Below are positions 1-7,982 of a DNA stretch of 20,615 bases, in pieces. The position numbers and the translations under genes are program-made. Each line of letters starts with the position of its first letter. Within the stretch, counting starts at the first letter, position 1. The stretch lies in the IMG/VR virus record IMGVR_UViG_2740892212_000021, one strand, 5' to 3'. The DNA comes from a virus (lineage: Duplodnaviria > Heunggongvirae > Uroviricota > Caudoviricetes). Below the pieces are notes generated by a model, which made no database searches, was not told the origin of the DNA, and saw only the letters and a list, made by a program, of their open reading frames with translations.

Positions 1-1383
1 TTATTTCCCTATGGCTATCCAGGCAATTTCTGCTCCTGGAGTGCTCCAGTTGGCAATTCGGATTGTTGAAAGATCAGCTGACGACACGCCAACTGGTTTT
101 GAAGGTGCGGGATCTGAACCCCAGAACGAAGCAAGAACAATATAGCCTGAGGTAGTAAAAGGGATTGGCAGCGTCCTTACCGCAATCTGTCCTGCCGCCA
201 TGGTTGTCTTCCCGCTCTGAATAATTGTCCCGTCTGGAAACTTTACCCACCCACTACCACTGGTCCATGCAGACATGTCTGGTAGTTGGTTAGCACCTGT
301 TCCGACATCTCGTTTCGCCGCTTCGCCCAAACCAAGGTATGCGAGAAGACCAGCAACATCCTTTCCACTCAAATTAGTAAGCGTATTGTCCAGCGGTTGT
401 TTGCCTGCCAGTGCATTAAGCACTGTTGTTGAAAAGTTAGGGTCATTCCCCAGCGCCGCCGCCAGTTCATTCAGTGTATCCAGTGCCGCAGGGGCAGAAC
501 CCACCATTGCCGCAATTGCTGATTTCACAAAAGCCGTGGTGGCAATCTGTGTATTGTTGACCGACTGTGCCGCAGTAGGTGCTGTTGGCGTTCCGGTAAG
601 TGCGGGACTCGACAGCGGCGCTTTCAGTGCCAGCTCATTGTTAATGGTGGTGCTGAATTTCGGGTCATTGTTAATGGCTGCGGCAATTTCTTTCAGTGTG
701 TCCAGCGTGGCTGGCGCACCGTTAATCAGAGCGGTAATAGCGGCCTGAACAAACGCAGTAGTCGCAATCCGCGTGGTGTTATTTCCTGCGGCAGGCGTCG
801 GCGCTTTTGGTTCTCCGGTAAATGTCGGATTATGTTTCTGTGCATACTGGGTATGAGGATCCTGTGCGGCAATGTGGTTTCTCATCTGGTCATCCACATA
901 CAGCCTTAATTCCAGGACTTCATCATCCACGTATTTACGGGTCGCCAGTACCACCGACGGGTCGATTTTCAGCGTGATGGCTTCGGTATTCGAGACAACC
1001 AGAATCATGCGGATAGTCTGGGTACGACCGCTTCCTTCCTGCAACTGCGGTTTGTACGTTTCCGGGCAGTTTGCCACCGCAATGAGTACGCCTTCATCAT
1101 CATAAAGCCCAATCTCACGGATCCAGAATCCGCCCTCGTTCTCAGGGATGATTTGCTCCGCAATAATCTGGCTCTGGTTGTTCGGGTCAACACTCAGAAG
1201 ATTCAGCGGCGCGATGCGTTTCTGGTTAATCAGTTTTGTCTGTGCCGGGTCTGGTGTCGGCAAGACACCATTCGCATCACCAACGGCCATTTGCGTCAGA
1301 TTCAGCTTACTGCCGAGCATCGTCGCGTTAGCCAGCCGTGCTGCGCCCTGATTAGTCAGAATGGCGTAGTATTTCACTGTCAT
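1..1383 (-). CDS. H: Tail fibre protein (P2 gpH-like), 460 aa, complete with stop at window start
   Basis: N-terminus MTVKYY...MAVGD...GGFWIREIGLYDDEGVLIAVAN matches the conserved P2 H N-terminal domain as I recall it; two tandem ~65-aa fibre repeats (NNTxIATTAFV...LDTL.ELAAA..NDP.FSTT); position downstream of I/J. Confidence 0.9.
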   Translation of the reverse strand: MTVKYYAILTNQGAARLANATMLGSKLNLTQMAVGDANGVLPTPDPAQTKLINQKRIAPLNLLSVDPNNQSQIIAEQIIPENEGGFWIREIGLYDDEGVLIAVANCPETYKPQLQEGSGRTQTIRMILVVSNTEAITLKIDPSVVLATRKYVDDEVLELRLYVDDQMRNHIAAQDPHTQYAQKHNPTFTGEPKAPTPAAGNNTTRIATTAFVQAAITALINGAPATLDTLKEIAAAINNDPKFSTTINNELALKAPLSSPALTGTPTAPTAAQSVNNTQIATTAFVKSAIAAMVGSAPAALDTLNELAAALGNDPNFSTTVLNALAGKQPLDNTLTNLSGKDVAGLLAYLGLGEAAKRDVGTGANQLPDMSAWTSGSGWVKFPDGTIIQSGKTTMAAGQIAVRTLPIPFTTSGYIVLASFWGSDPAPSKPVGVSSADLSTIRIANWSTPGAEIAWIAIGK

Positions 1384-1991
1384 GCGTTTACTCTCAGGTT
1401 ATCAATTAAATGAATGGCCGAGGCCGGGAAATAATCCCCTCCGACAATAATGGCCTCCGGGGTGTAGGGATAAACCGTCAGGGCGTCGCCGTGATAGCAT
1501 CCCGCACCGGCAAAAATGTTGCCGGTTGTACTTAAACTGATAGCCAGTCCCGTCAGATGGCGGCTCGCCGGTTTTGCATCAGCAACGAGGCGCTCCAGCT
1601 CCTGATACATTTCCTCGGTAATACCCTGCTCAAGCACGCCAACAACGATGCGGAACGTCCCCGGCTCCTCATTGAGTTGCCACCACTCCCTCACCTCAAT
1701 CAGATAGCCGAGCGGCTCCACCACACGCCGGATTGCGCCTATAGTGCCCTTATGGCAGTGAATGAAATACGCATCGCGGATAACAGCGCGTTTTGTCGCT
1801 TCCGGCCACTTATCATCCCAGCGGTCAACCGAAAATGACCACGCCAGCCACGGCAGCAGATTTGCCGGGCAGGTATCCGGGTTCCACAGCTCACGAATAC
1901 TGACCGGCGTTTTTTCAATTTCCGCACAGGCTTTTGCGGCGGCAACTTCAAGCGGTGATGAGCCAGTCGGCAGCAGTCGCGAATCACTCAT
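1380..1991 (-). CDS. I: Baseplate assembly protein (P2 gpI-like)
   Basis: MSDSRLLPTGSSPLEVAAAKACAEIEKT... recalled as P2 gpI; 4-nt overlap with H start; sits between J and H. Confidence 0.88.
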   Translation of the reverse strand: MSDSRLLPTGSSPLEVAAAKACAEIEKTPVSIRELWNPDTCPANLLPWLAWSFSVDRWDDKWPEATKRAVIRDAYFIHCHKGTIGAIRRVVEPLGYLIEVREWWQLNEEPGTFRIVVGVLEQGITEEMYQELERLVADAKPASRHLTGLAISLSTTGNIFAGAGCYHGDALTVYPYTPEAIIVGGDYFPASAIHLIDNLRVNA

Positions 1992-2892
1992 CCGAACCTC
2001 CGGTCACGACGCGGTATTCGGTACAGAAAGACGCCTGCGTACTGTTGAGCACGATGTCGGCCAGCGGTGCAGTCAGTTCGACACGCTGCACGCCTTCCAC
2101 ATGCAAAGCGGCATAAATGGCAGACAGACGGATGTCGCGCCCCAGCCGGTGCTGTGCCGTGATATACGCTTCCAGTTTTTTCACGGCGGCAGCGCGAATG
2201 GGTTCGCTTTCGGGGCCAGGGTAAAGGTAAAGCGTGGCGTTTATCTGGTATTCAACGATGGCGGCAGACTGCACGGTCACACGGTCAGCCACCGGCCTGA
2301 CGTCCTCGCCATTAAGGGCGTTACGCACCACAGCCAGCAGGTCTTCGGATGCGACACCGTTATTTTCACGTGACAGCACAGAGATAGTGACGCAGGCCGG
2401 AGACGGACTGGTGACAGAGATATCCGCGACGCGCCCGTCGGCACTGCGACCATGATACTGATAGGCACCCACCGACCCGGCGACGCTTAAGCCCTCAAAC
2501 GCCTGCTGAATACGCAGACGATAATCGGTGTCAGACTCCATCACTGCCGGTGTCGGCGGGATAGTCGAATCATCTGCCGGGGTGATAATCAGGCGCGTGG
2601 TGTTGTAATTGGCACCAATCACATCAAGGTCATTACCGGCGGCACAGGCCAGCATTACCGCCCGTGCGGCCTCATTCACACGCTGACGCCAGATAAGCTC
2701 ACGATAAGCATTTTCCTCCAGCAGTTTGACGAGAGGCTCGGATTCCAGCGTCAGGGTACGGGCAACCGCCTCCTGCTGGTCTTCCGGGTAAAGGGAAATC
2801 AGTGTCGCCTTGCGTTCGGCAAGAATGGTTTCAAAGTCCAGCTCCTCGACCACATCCGGTGCGGGTAGCTGGTTCAGGTCGATAATCGGCAT
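1984..2892 (-). CDS. J: Baseplate assembly protein J (P2 gpJ-like), 302 aa
   Basis: Translation resembles P2 gpJ; length matches P2 J as recalled; overlaps I start; W-J-I synteny. Confidence 0.9.
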   Translation of the reverse strand: MPIIDLNQLPAPDVVEELDFETILAERKATLISLYPEDQQEAVARTLTLESEPLVKLLEENAYRELIWRQRVNEAARAVMLACAAGNDLDVIGANYNTTRLIITPADDSTIPPTPAVMESDTDYRLRIQQAFEGLSVAGSVGAYQYHGRSADGRVADISVTSPSPACVTISVLSRENNGVASEDLLAVVRNALNGEDVRPVADRVTVQSAAIVEYQINATLYLYPGPESEPIRAAAVKKLEAYITAQHRLGRDIRLSAIYAALHVEGVQRVELTAPLADIVLNSTQASFCTEYRVVTGGSDE

Positions 2893-2896
2893 GGTT

Positions 2897-3244
2897 TCAA
2901 CTCACAGGGATGGTTAACGAAAGTGGCTGGCCGGTGTCGTTGTGCTGGCCGGTTAACGTGACCGTCATTCGCCCGTCAAAACTGCGCTCAGTGGTGACGG
3001 ATGACAGGGTGACGCGGGGTTCCCATTTCAGCACCGCCATGTAACAGGCGACCTTAATCTGCAACTCAAGCGCCGGGGTCTGCGGCTGGTCAATCATTGA
3101 TGCCAGCAACGAGCCGTAATCACGACGCATCACCCGTGAGCCGACCGGTGTGCGCAGGATATCGCCGATACTCTGGCTGATATGCTCAAGGTCAGTGACC
3201 GTCAGGCCATCACTGCGATTCATTCCGAGATAACGCGCAGTCAT
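2897..3244 (-). CDS. W: Baseplate assembly protein W (gp25/lysozyme-like wedge), 115 aa
   Basis: MTARYLGMNRSDG... recalled as P2 gpW; 4-nt overlap with V stop. Confidence 0.88.
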   Translation of the reverse strand: MTARYLGMNRSDGLTVTDLEHISQSIGDILRTPVGSRVMRRDYGSLLASMIDQPQTPALELQIKVACYMAVLKWEPRVTLSSVTTERSFDGRMTVTLTGQHNDTGQPLSLTIPVS

Positions 3245-3876
3245 AGAGGTCCCCCTGTTGTGCCGCCACTGTCGCCGGGGTGTTTATGGGTATGCAGTAC
3301 CTTACCGTTTGATGAGAGTTCACCGCCGGTGTGTTCAATGTTGCCGCGCATCGTCCCGCCCTTCTGTACTTCCAGCGTGCCGGTAATCAGCCTGTTGGTG
3401 CAGACCACCTCCGGTGTGTCCAGGGTGACGCGGGTTGATGCTTTCACCATGACCACCGGCACCGTGGCGGTAACAGAATCAGAAGCCGTCACGCTGGCCG
3501 TTTTAATTCCGCTTACCGTGAGTGCACTGGTTTCAGGTTCATACTCAATCACCGCTCCGTCAGGGAAACGGATATGCAGGGCATCCGCCGACGCAGACGG
3601 CGCGGGGTTATCGCCGGAATAAATCCCCGGCAGAACGAACGCCGTGTCGAGTTCACCGCCCACGGCCAGAATCAGCACCTGTTCCCCCACGGAAGGTGCC
3701 CACCATGTGCGCGAACGTCCGGCGCGATGGGTCAACCACTGAAGCCAGTCGGTGCACATGCCGCCGGTCTGCACACGGCAGCGACCGGCGTTAAGGTCGG
3801 TTTCGACGATAATGCCGGTGCGGATCATGTTGCGCAGTGCGCGCGCGAGTTCCTGAATATTTGCGAGAGTGTTCAT
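3241..3876 (-). CDS. V: Baseplate spike protein V (P2 gpV-like), 211 aa
   Basis: MNTLANIQELARALRNMIRTGIIVETDLNAGRCRVQTGG... matches P2 gpV as recalled; length equal. Confidence 0.92.
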   Translation of the reverse strand: MNTLANIQELARALRNMIRTGIIVETDLNAGRCRVQTGGMCTDWLQWLTHRAGRSRTWWAPSVGEQVLILAVGGELDTAFVLPGIYSGDNPAPSASADALHIRFPDGAVIEYEPETSALTVSGIKTASVTASDSVTATVPVVMVKASTRVTLDTPEVVCTNRLITGTLEVQKGGTMRGNIEHTGGELSSNGKVLHTHKHPGDSGGTTGGPL

Positions 3877-3942
3877 AACGGGAAGGATGCCGCCGGGTCA
3901 TACCGGCGGCAATGTGACGATGAGGTGTCGGGAATGGCACAA

Positions 3943-4395
3943 CTAACGGTCGAGGTGAGCCAGAATAATCTCTTCAATCATCTGCACATCCTCACCGGTA
4001 AAGCCGAGCAGAGGACGCGCCGGATAATCAATTTTCTTACCGTCTTTCCGGTTTTCTTCCGACAGACCGAACTGATGCACACTGGCGATTTTCGGTGACT
4101 TCCCGCCGTAAAACTCCATTGATGCCTGTTCCGGGCTGGCGCGGATATGCAAAAAACGACTGGTGATAAGTTTCGCAAACATTTTTCGCTTAACACGACC
4201 GGTCTTTTTTCTGGCGCTCTGCTGCTGGCGTGGCACGTAGGGTGTGCCGTCCGGGGCTTTCTGTGCCATCACCCGACGCTGCTGACTCTGCCGCAGACGT
4301 TTCGCCAGTTCGGCGCTCAGTCGCCGACGCCCTGACGGTGACAGCGACTCAATCAGTCCGGTGAGCCGGTCTTCAAAACGCTTAAACTCATTCAT
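3943..4395 (-). CDS. S: Tail completion / virion morphogenesis protein S (P2 gpS-like), 150 aa
   Basis: MNEFKRFEDRLTGLIESLSPSGRRRL... recalled as P2 gpS; R-S synteny. Confidence 0.88.
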   Translation of the reverse strand: MNEFKRFEDRLTGLIESLSPSGRRRLSAELAKRLRQSQQRRVMAQKAPDGTPYVPRQQQSARKKTGRVKRKMFAKLITSRFLHIRASPEQASMEFYGGKSPKIASVHQFGLSEENRKDGKKIDYPARPLLGFTGEDVQMIEEIILAHLDR

Positions 4396-4855
4396 CCCAC
4401 TTACTCACCAGTTCACCATTGATATAAAGCTCCATCGGGCGGGTGACCGGCTCCGGCGGCGGGGGTTCCGGGATATTCTTCACATGCAGCGCGCCGTCAA
4501 CCTCACTGACCAGCGTGCGCTCAGTCAGCATCAGGCTGATGCTGATATCAAAGCTGCTGTCATTGTTGATGTCTGCATAAAACGTGAAGCCCTTTTTCTG
4601 GCCTTCGTCGGTGGTCATGATGTCGGGCTGATTTTCCCGCAGCCACGCCAGCACCGGCACGATGAGCAGGTCAAAATCACCGGTAAAGTCGGTCACAATG
4701 ACATTGAGCGTGTAACGCTTTTCGAATGACAACGACGCCGCCAGTGTGGAGGCAATACTCCCGTTATCCACGAATATCCGCAGCATATCGGGGTTAGTTT
4801 TCAGCACCGTGACGGCATCAGTCAGCGCCCTGCGCAGGCTGTCGGGTTTGAGCAT
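4388..4855 (-). CDS. R: Tail completion protein R (P2 gpR-like), 155 aa
   Basis: MLKPDSLRRALTDAVTVLKTNPDMLRIFVDNGS... recalled as P2 gpR; follows the lysis genes as in P2. Confidence 0.88.
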   Translation of the reverse strand: MLKPDSLRRALTDAVTVLKTNPDMLRIFVDNGSIASTLAASLSFEKRYTLNVIVTDFTGDFDLLIVPVLAWLRENQPDIMTTDEGQKKGFTFYADINNDSSFDISISLMLTERTLVSEVDGALHVKNIPEPPPPEPVTRPMELYINGELVSKWDE

Positions 4856-5108
4856 CGTTTTCGTCCTGACAGTATTTAATCATTTTTACCTGGCTGGCAC
4901 AGCGTGCCAGCGCGTTCTCAAGCTGCCGGATATCAGCACTTAAATCGCCGTTCGTCTCCGGGTCACTGCCCGGCATCGGGCAAAGGCTCACTTTCGGGCA
5001 GGCGTTGTGGACAATCACTGGCGTCGGCGCAGGCCGGGCGCTGGTGCAACCGGCGCACAGCATCAGGCAGGTCAGCGCCGTACCAGCGGCGAAAATCTTC
5101 GTTTTCAT
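4818..5108 (-). CDS. lysC: LysC o-spanin (Rz1-like outer-membrane lipoprotein), 96 aa, start embedded in lysB in another frame
   Basis: Internal ATG of track ORF 4818..5225 gives MKTKIFAAGTALTCLMLCAGC..., a lipoprotein signal with lipobox LCAGC; GAGG ribosome-binding site upstream; nested position typical of Rz1-type spanins; 96 aa as in P2 LysC. Confidence 0.75.
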   Translation of the reverse strand: MKTKIFAAGTALTCLMLCAGCTSARPAPTPVIVHNACPKVSLCPMPGSDPETNGDLSADIRQLENALARCASQVKMIKYCQDENDAQTRQPAQGAD

Positions 5109-5388
5109 TAAGTAACCTCGTGATGGTTTTCTCGCGCTGTGCTTCACGCTTCGCGGCGTTCTCCAGCTCCTGACGCAGTGCCACCTGCGCCAGCTCGTTT
5201 TTGTCTGCCCTGGTAAGGGCAACATGAAGCTGATTTTTCAGCATGGTGATGGTCGTCTGCTGTTCACTGGCGACGTTGTTCGCCCTGTCCAGCGAGGCGC
5301 GCAGGCTGGCATTTTTGTGTTTCACCAGAAACAGACCGGCTACCGCCAGTGATAACAACACAACCAGCACAATCATCAGCTTTGACAT
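4963..5388 (-). CDS. lysB: LysB i-spanin (Rz-like), 141 aa
   Basis: N-terminal transmembrane helix (MSKLMIVLVVLLSLAVAGLFLV) followed by coiled-coil-like charged region; contains the lysC start; position after K/lysA. Confidence 0.8.
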   Translation of the reverse strand: MSKLMIVLVVLLSLAVAGLFLVKHKNASLRASLDRANNVASEQQTTITMLKNQLHVALTRADKNELAQVALRQELENAAKREAQREKTITRLLNENEDFRRWYGADLPDAVRRLHQRPACADASDCPQRLPESEPLPDAGQ

Positions 5389-5627
5389 GGTTCCCGCCCC
5401 TCAAAACGCTGACAGCAGGCCGTACGTATCAGCCGGAAGAACACCGATGCCACGAGATAAATCAGCGCGGTAAAAATCCACCCGGCAGCGACCAGCGAGA
5501 TAAACGTCGCCAGAATCGCCCAGGCGGCGACAAAACTGACGGCCACGCTCTGCGGGTAAATCAGGGACAGTGCCAGCATCAGCGCCAGCGACACGTTCAG
5601 CATCAGTGAAAGGGATAATTTCTTCAT
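5376..5627 (-). CDS. lysA: LysA-like small membrane protein (lysis timing), 83 aa
   Basis: Very hydrophobic, about three predicted transmembrane segments; GGAG ribosome-binding site about 7 nt upstream; exactly fills the K-lysB gap; P2 LysA identity and length not verified. Confidence 0.6.
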   Translation of the reverse strand: MKKLSLSLMLNVSLALMLALSLIYPQSVAVSFVAAWAILATFISLVAAGWIFTALIYLVASVFFRLIRTACCQRFEGREPCQS

Positions 5628-5641
5628 GGTGTTTACTCCGT

Positions 5642-6139
5642 TTAAGCCGGTACGCCGCCGGCGGTACGCCAGACGGTGACCAGTTTTTCCAGTGAATGCT
5701 CACGCTGACCGTAACCGGCACCCGGCAGGGACGCCCAGATATTGCGACAGCGTGAAATGGCGCGCTCAATGCGTCCCGCCCGGATGTCATCCAGCGCACC
5801 GCGTTCGCGGATCAACTGAATGGCGAGTCTGTCCTGTGACAACGGACTGAAATCCGGCAGGGCAAGCTGTTTGCGGTAATGCGGCCAGAACAGGTAAAGC
5901 TGCTGATAGCGACCGGAGGCCGTGGATTTTTCACCGCGACGGTTAAACACCTTCGCCGGTCGGCCATGTGCGAACGGGTGGTCACTGTAGTCGGTGAAAA
6001 TTTCCGGCTTTCCGTCCACTCCGGTGACTATCACGTCATAACCCCGGTTTTTCGTCAGCGGGTGATTCGCCGTCCCTTCGGACACCGCCAGCATGTCGAG
6101 AAAGGCGGCGATATTCTGGTGCGTGTTAATTACCGGCAT
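5642..6139 (-). CDS. K: Endolysin (P2 gpK; lambda R-like lytic transglycosylase/lysozyme), 165 aa
   Basis: AFLDMLAVSEGTANHPLTKNRGYDVIV...FTDYSDHP...GRYQ...IWASLPGAGYGQ closely parallels lambda R and P2 K motifs. Confidence 0.93.
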   Translation of the reverse strand: MPVINTHQNIAAFLDMLAVSEGTANHPLTKNRGYDVIVTGVDGKPEIFTDYSDHPFAHGRPAKVFNRRGEKSTASGRYQQLYLFWPHYRKQLALPDFSPLSQDRLAIQLIRERGALDDIRAGRIERAISRCRNIWASLPGAGYGQREHSLEKLVTVWRTAGGVPA

Positions 6140-6420
6140 TACGGTTTCCCCCTGCCCTTAAAGCGGCGCTGAATGGCAATCTCAATCACCTGATAACCGG
6201 CGATACCCAGCATGGAGCCGATGCCGCACACCGCAGGCAGTGACAGGTCAGGAAACTGCACCAGAACAACACCGGCAACCATCGAGACAAAACCACCGAG
6301 CAACATGCGCCCGATAAACAGACGCGGGGTGATGGGTTCACCACCGGCAAGCACCTTGCCGACAACAATCAGCACCCCAATCATGAAAAGCGACAGGACG
6401 CTTTTTTCTTCTGCTGTCAT
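6139..6420 (-). CDS. Y: Holin (P2 gpY-like), 93 aa
   Basis: Small protein with transmembrane segments directly upstream of the endolysin; MTAEEKSVLSLFMIGVLIVVGK...; start/stop overlap with K. Confidence 0.85.
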   Translation of the reverse strand: MTAEEKSVLSLFMIGVLIVVGKVLAGGEPITPRLFIGRMLLGGFVSMVAGVVLVQFPDLSLPAVCGIGSMLGIAGYQVIEIAIQRRFKGRGKP

Positions 6421-6423
6421 GCG

Positions 6424-6627
6424 TTACTCCCACAGATTGACAGTTTCAGCCACGGGCGCGGTCTGAACGTCGGGCAGTTCGACGGCGGTGCCATGTGGCA
6501 GCACCGCCCCCAGTTCAGCCAGTCCCGAATTTGCGGCGAGCACGGTCTCAACCACGCCCTCAGTGCGCCCGTAATACCGGACACAAATGGCGTCGAGCGT
6601 GTCGCCCTGTAGCGCAAAGGTCTTCAT
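6424..6627 (-). CDS. X: Tail protein X (P2 gpX-like, LysM-like), 67 aa
   Basis: Internal ATG of track ORF giving MKTFALQGDTLDAICVRYYGRTEGVVETVLAAN...; ATGA overlap with L stop; 67 aa as recalled for P2 X. Confidence 0.82.
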   Translation of the reverse strand: MKTFALQGDTLDAICVRYYGRTEGVVETVLAANSGLAELGAVLPHGTAVELPDVQTAPVAETVNLWE

Positions 6628-7136
6628 CAGATTTGGCTCACGATGCAGCGCGGCTTGTCCTGGATGCGCGCCACTGCCCAGCGCATATCCCGCCACAGCT
6701 CATCAATGGTGCTGTCAATGCTGTCGGCCTTCTTGTCGCCTTTCGCACTGGCATCCACGCCGCGATAACGCTCATAAAGCGACGCGGTCGCCATCGCACA
6801 CACGGCGCGCTCGTAGTAAAAAACTTTGATGCTTTCACCGTCGATGTCGTCCGCCGGAACGTCCGCCAGACGCGTAAAACCGGCGGCAATTTTCTGTTCG
6901 CGGTACTCGTACAGCTCCGCATTCGTCTCCGCCATGCCTGACTTGATGGCCTCACGCAGACGGGCGGGGGCGACGGTCTGCTCAAGGCGCATACGTTCCC
7001 GGACGCGCTTCGGGTCGATATCGGGAAAAAAGAACGTGTTTTTAATCACCGGCTCGTCGCCTGCCGGTTGCGGGATGACCACCGTACCCTCACCGGACAC
7101 GGGAGCCTCCTTTCGCGGAATAATCAGCGTCATCAT
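6627..7136 (-). CDS. L: Head completion/stabilisation protein L (P2 gpL-like), about 169 aa
   Basis: Sequence from MMTLIIPRKEAPVSGEGTVV... recalled as P2 gpL; start chosen at internal Met so the length matches; the track ORF extends further 5' to 7196. Confidence 0.82.
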   Translation of the reverse strand: MMTLIIPRKEAPVSGEGTVVIPQPAGDEPVIKNTFFFPDIDPKRVRERMRLEQTVAPARLREAIKSGMAETNAELYEYREQKIAAGFTRLADVPADDIDGESIKVFYYERAVCAMATASLYERYRGVDASAKGDKKADSIDSTIDELWRDMRWAVARIQDKPRCIVSQI

Positions 7137-7235
7137 GACTACCTCTGAAAAGTCGGGCGGTGGACGCCGGTACAGCGTCAGGTGATTCACCCTCACTGAC
7201 CGACGTGCCGCCCTGGCGCGGGGCGCATTCGGTTG

Positions 7236-7979
7236 TTAACTGGCTTTCTTTTTCGGGCGTCCACGTTTTGCCGGTGTCACGCTCCGGCTCTTACGCGGGG
7301 TACGGGTGGCCGCTTTGGGCTGCGGCTCCGGCTTCGGTTTCAGCTCCCGCTCCAGTCGTTCAATCTCTTTTTTGACACCTGCCTGACAGTCGAGCTGTGT
7401 CGCACGTTGCAGGTGAGCCAGCGCCCCTGCGGCATCACCACCATCACGCAGAAACAGACCTGTGATTTTGTGCAGCTTTGCGCGCACTTCATCAGGCATG
7501 TCAGCCGTGGCGGTCAGTTCAAGGGTGTCCGTCAGCAGGCGGGTATCCACAGACTCACCGGCAGCGTGAGCGCGCATGGCAGCAAGCGCCACCTCCTCGG
7601 TGAACATGTACGGCGGGGTACGGCGGTGTTTCCCCGGCATGGCCAGACCGTACTTCAGGGCATAACGGGCAATCTCCAGCGCACCGGCAATATCGCCGGT
7701 ATCCAGACGCCACAGCATGACCGTCATCAGAATGTCATCCTGTGCACCTTTGCCCTGCTCCAGCACGCCGTTCACCCACGGCAACCAGAACGGCAGCAGT
7801 TCGCGTTTTTTCGCGGCCTTCAGCTCTTTTGAATAAATCGCTTTCAGTGTGCGCTGGTCTGCGGCCAGCTTGACCAGCATCTGCTCATAGACAGTTGCAT
7901 GTCGCAGCGGGGCGGCTTCCCGCTGCGCGGTCATCGCTGCCGAGACCCGCATCATGTGGCGCTGTGCGGGACTCGTCAT
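7236..7979 (-). CDS. M: Terminase small/endonuclease subunit M (P2 gpM-like), 247 aa
   Basis: MTSPAQRHMMRVSAAMTAQREAAPLRHATVYEQ... and basic C-terminal tail (RGRPKKKAS) match P2 M as recalled. Confidence 0.9.
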   Translation of the reverse strand: MTSPAQRHMMRVSAAMTAQREAAPLRHATVYEQMLVKLAADQRTLKAIYSKELKAAKKRELLPFWLPWVNGVLEQGKGAQDDILMTVMLWRLDTGDIAGALEIARYALKYGLAMPGKHRRTPPYMFTEEVALAAMRAHAAGESVDTRLLTDTLELTATADMPDEVRAKLHKITGLFLRDGGDAAGALAHLQRATQLDCQAGVKKEIERLERELKPKPEPQPKAATRTPRKSRSVTPAKRGRPKKKAS

Positions 7980-7982
7980 CGG

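Noticed and set aside
275-748. 157-aa plus-strand ORF antisense to the tail fibre gene
   Set aside because: Lies entirely inside the well-supported H coding sequence on the opposite strand; Ala/Ser-rich composition typical of antisense reading of GC-rich coding DNA.
3182-4098. Plus-strand ORFs (146, 90 and 174 aa) across the V/S region
   Set aside because: Antisense to the conserved V and S genes; Arg/Pro-rich low-complexity translations; no ribosome-binding site context.
5401-5799. 132-aa minus-strand ORF overlapping the K 3' end and lysA in another frame
   Set aside because: Arg/Gly-rich translation typical of an off-frame read; the 83-aa hydrophobic ORF with a good ribosome-binding site better explains the K-lysB gap.
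7233-7832. 199-aa plus-strand ORF opposite terminase M
   Set aside because: Antisense to M, which matches P2 M along its whole length; no independent support.
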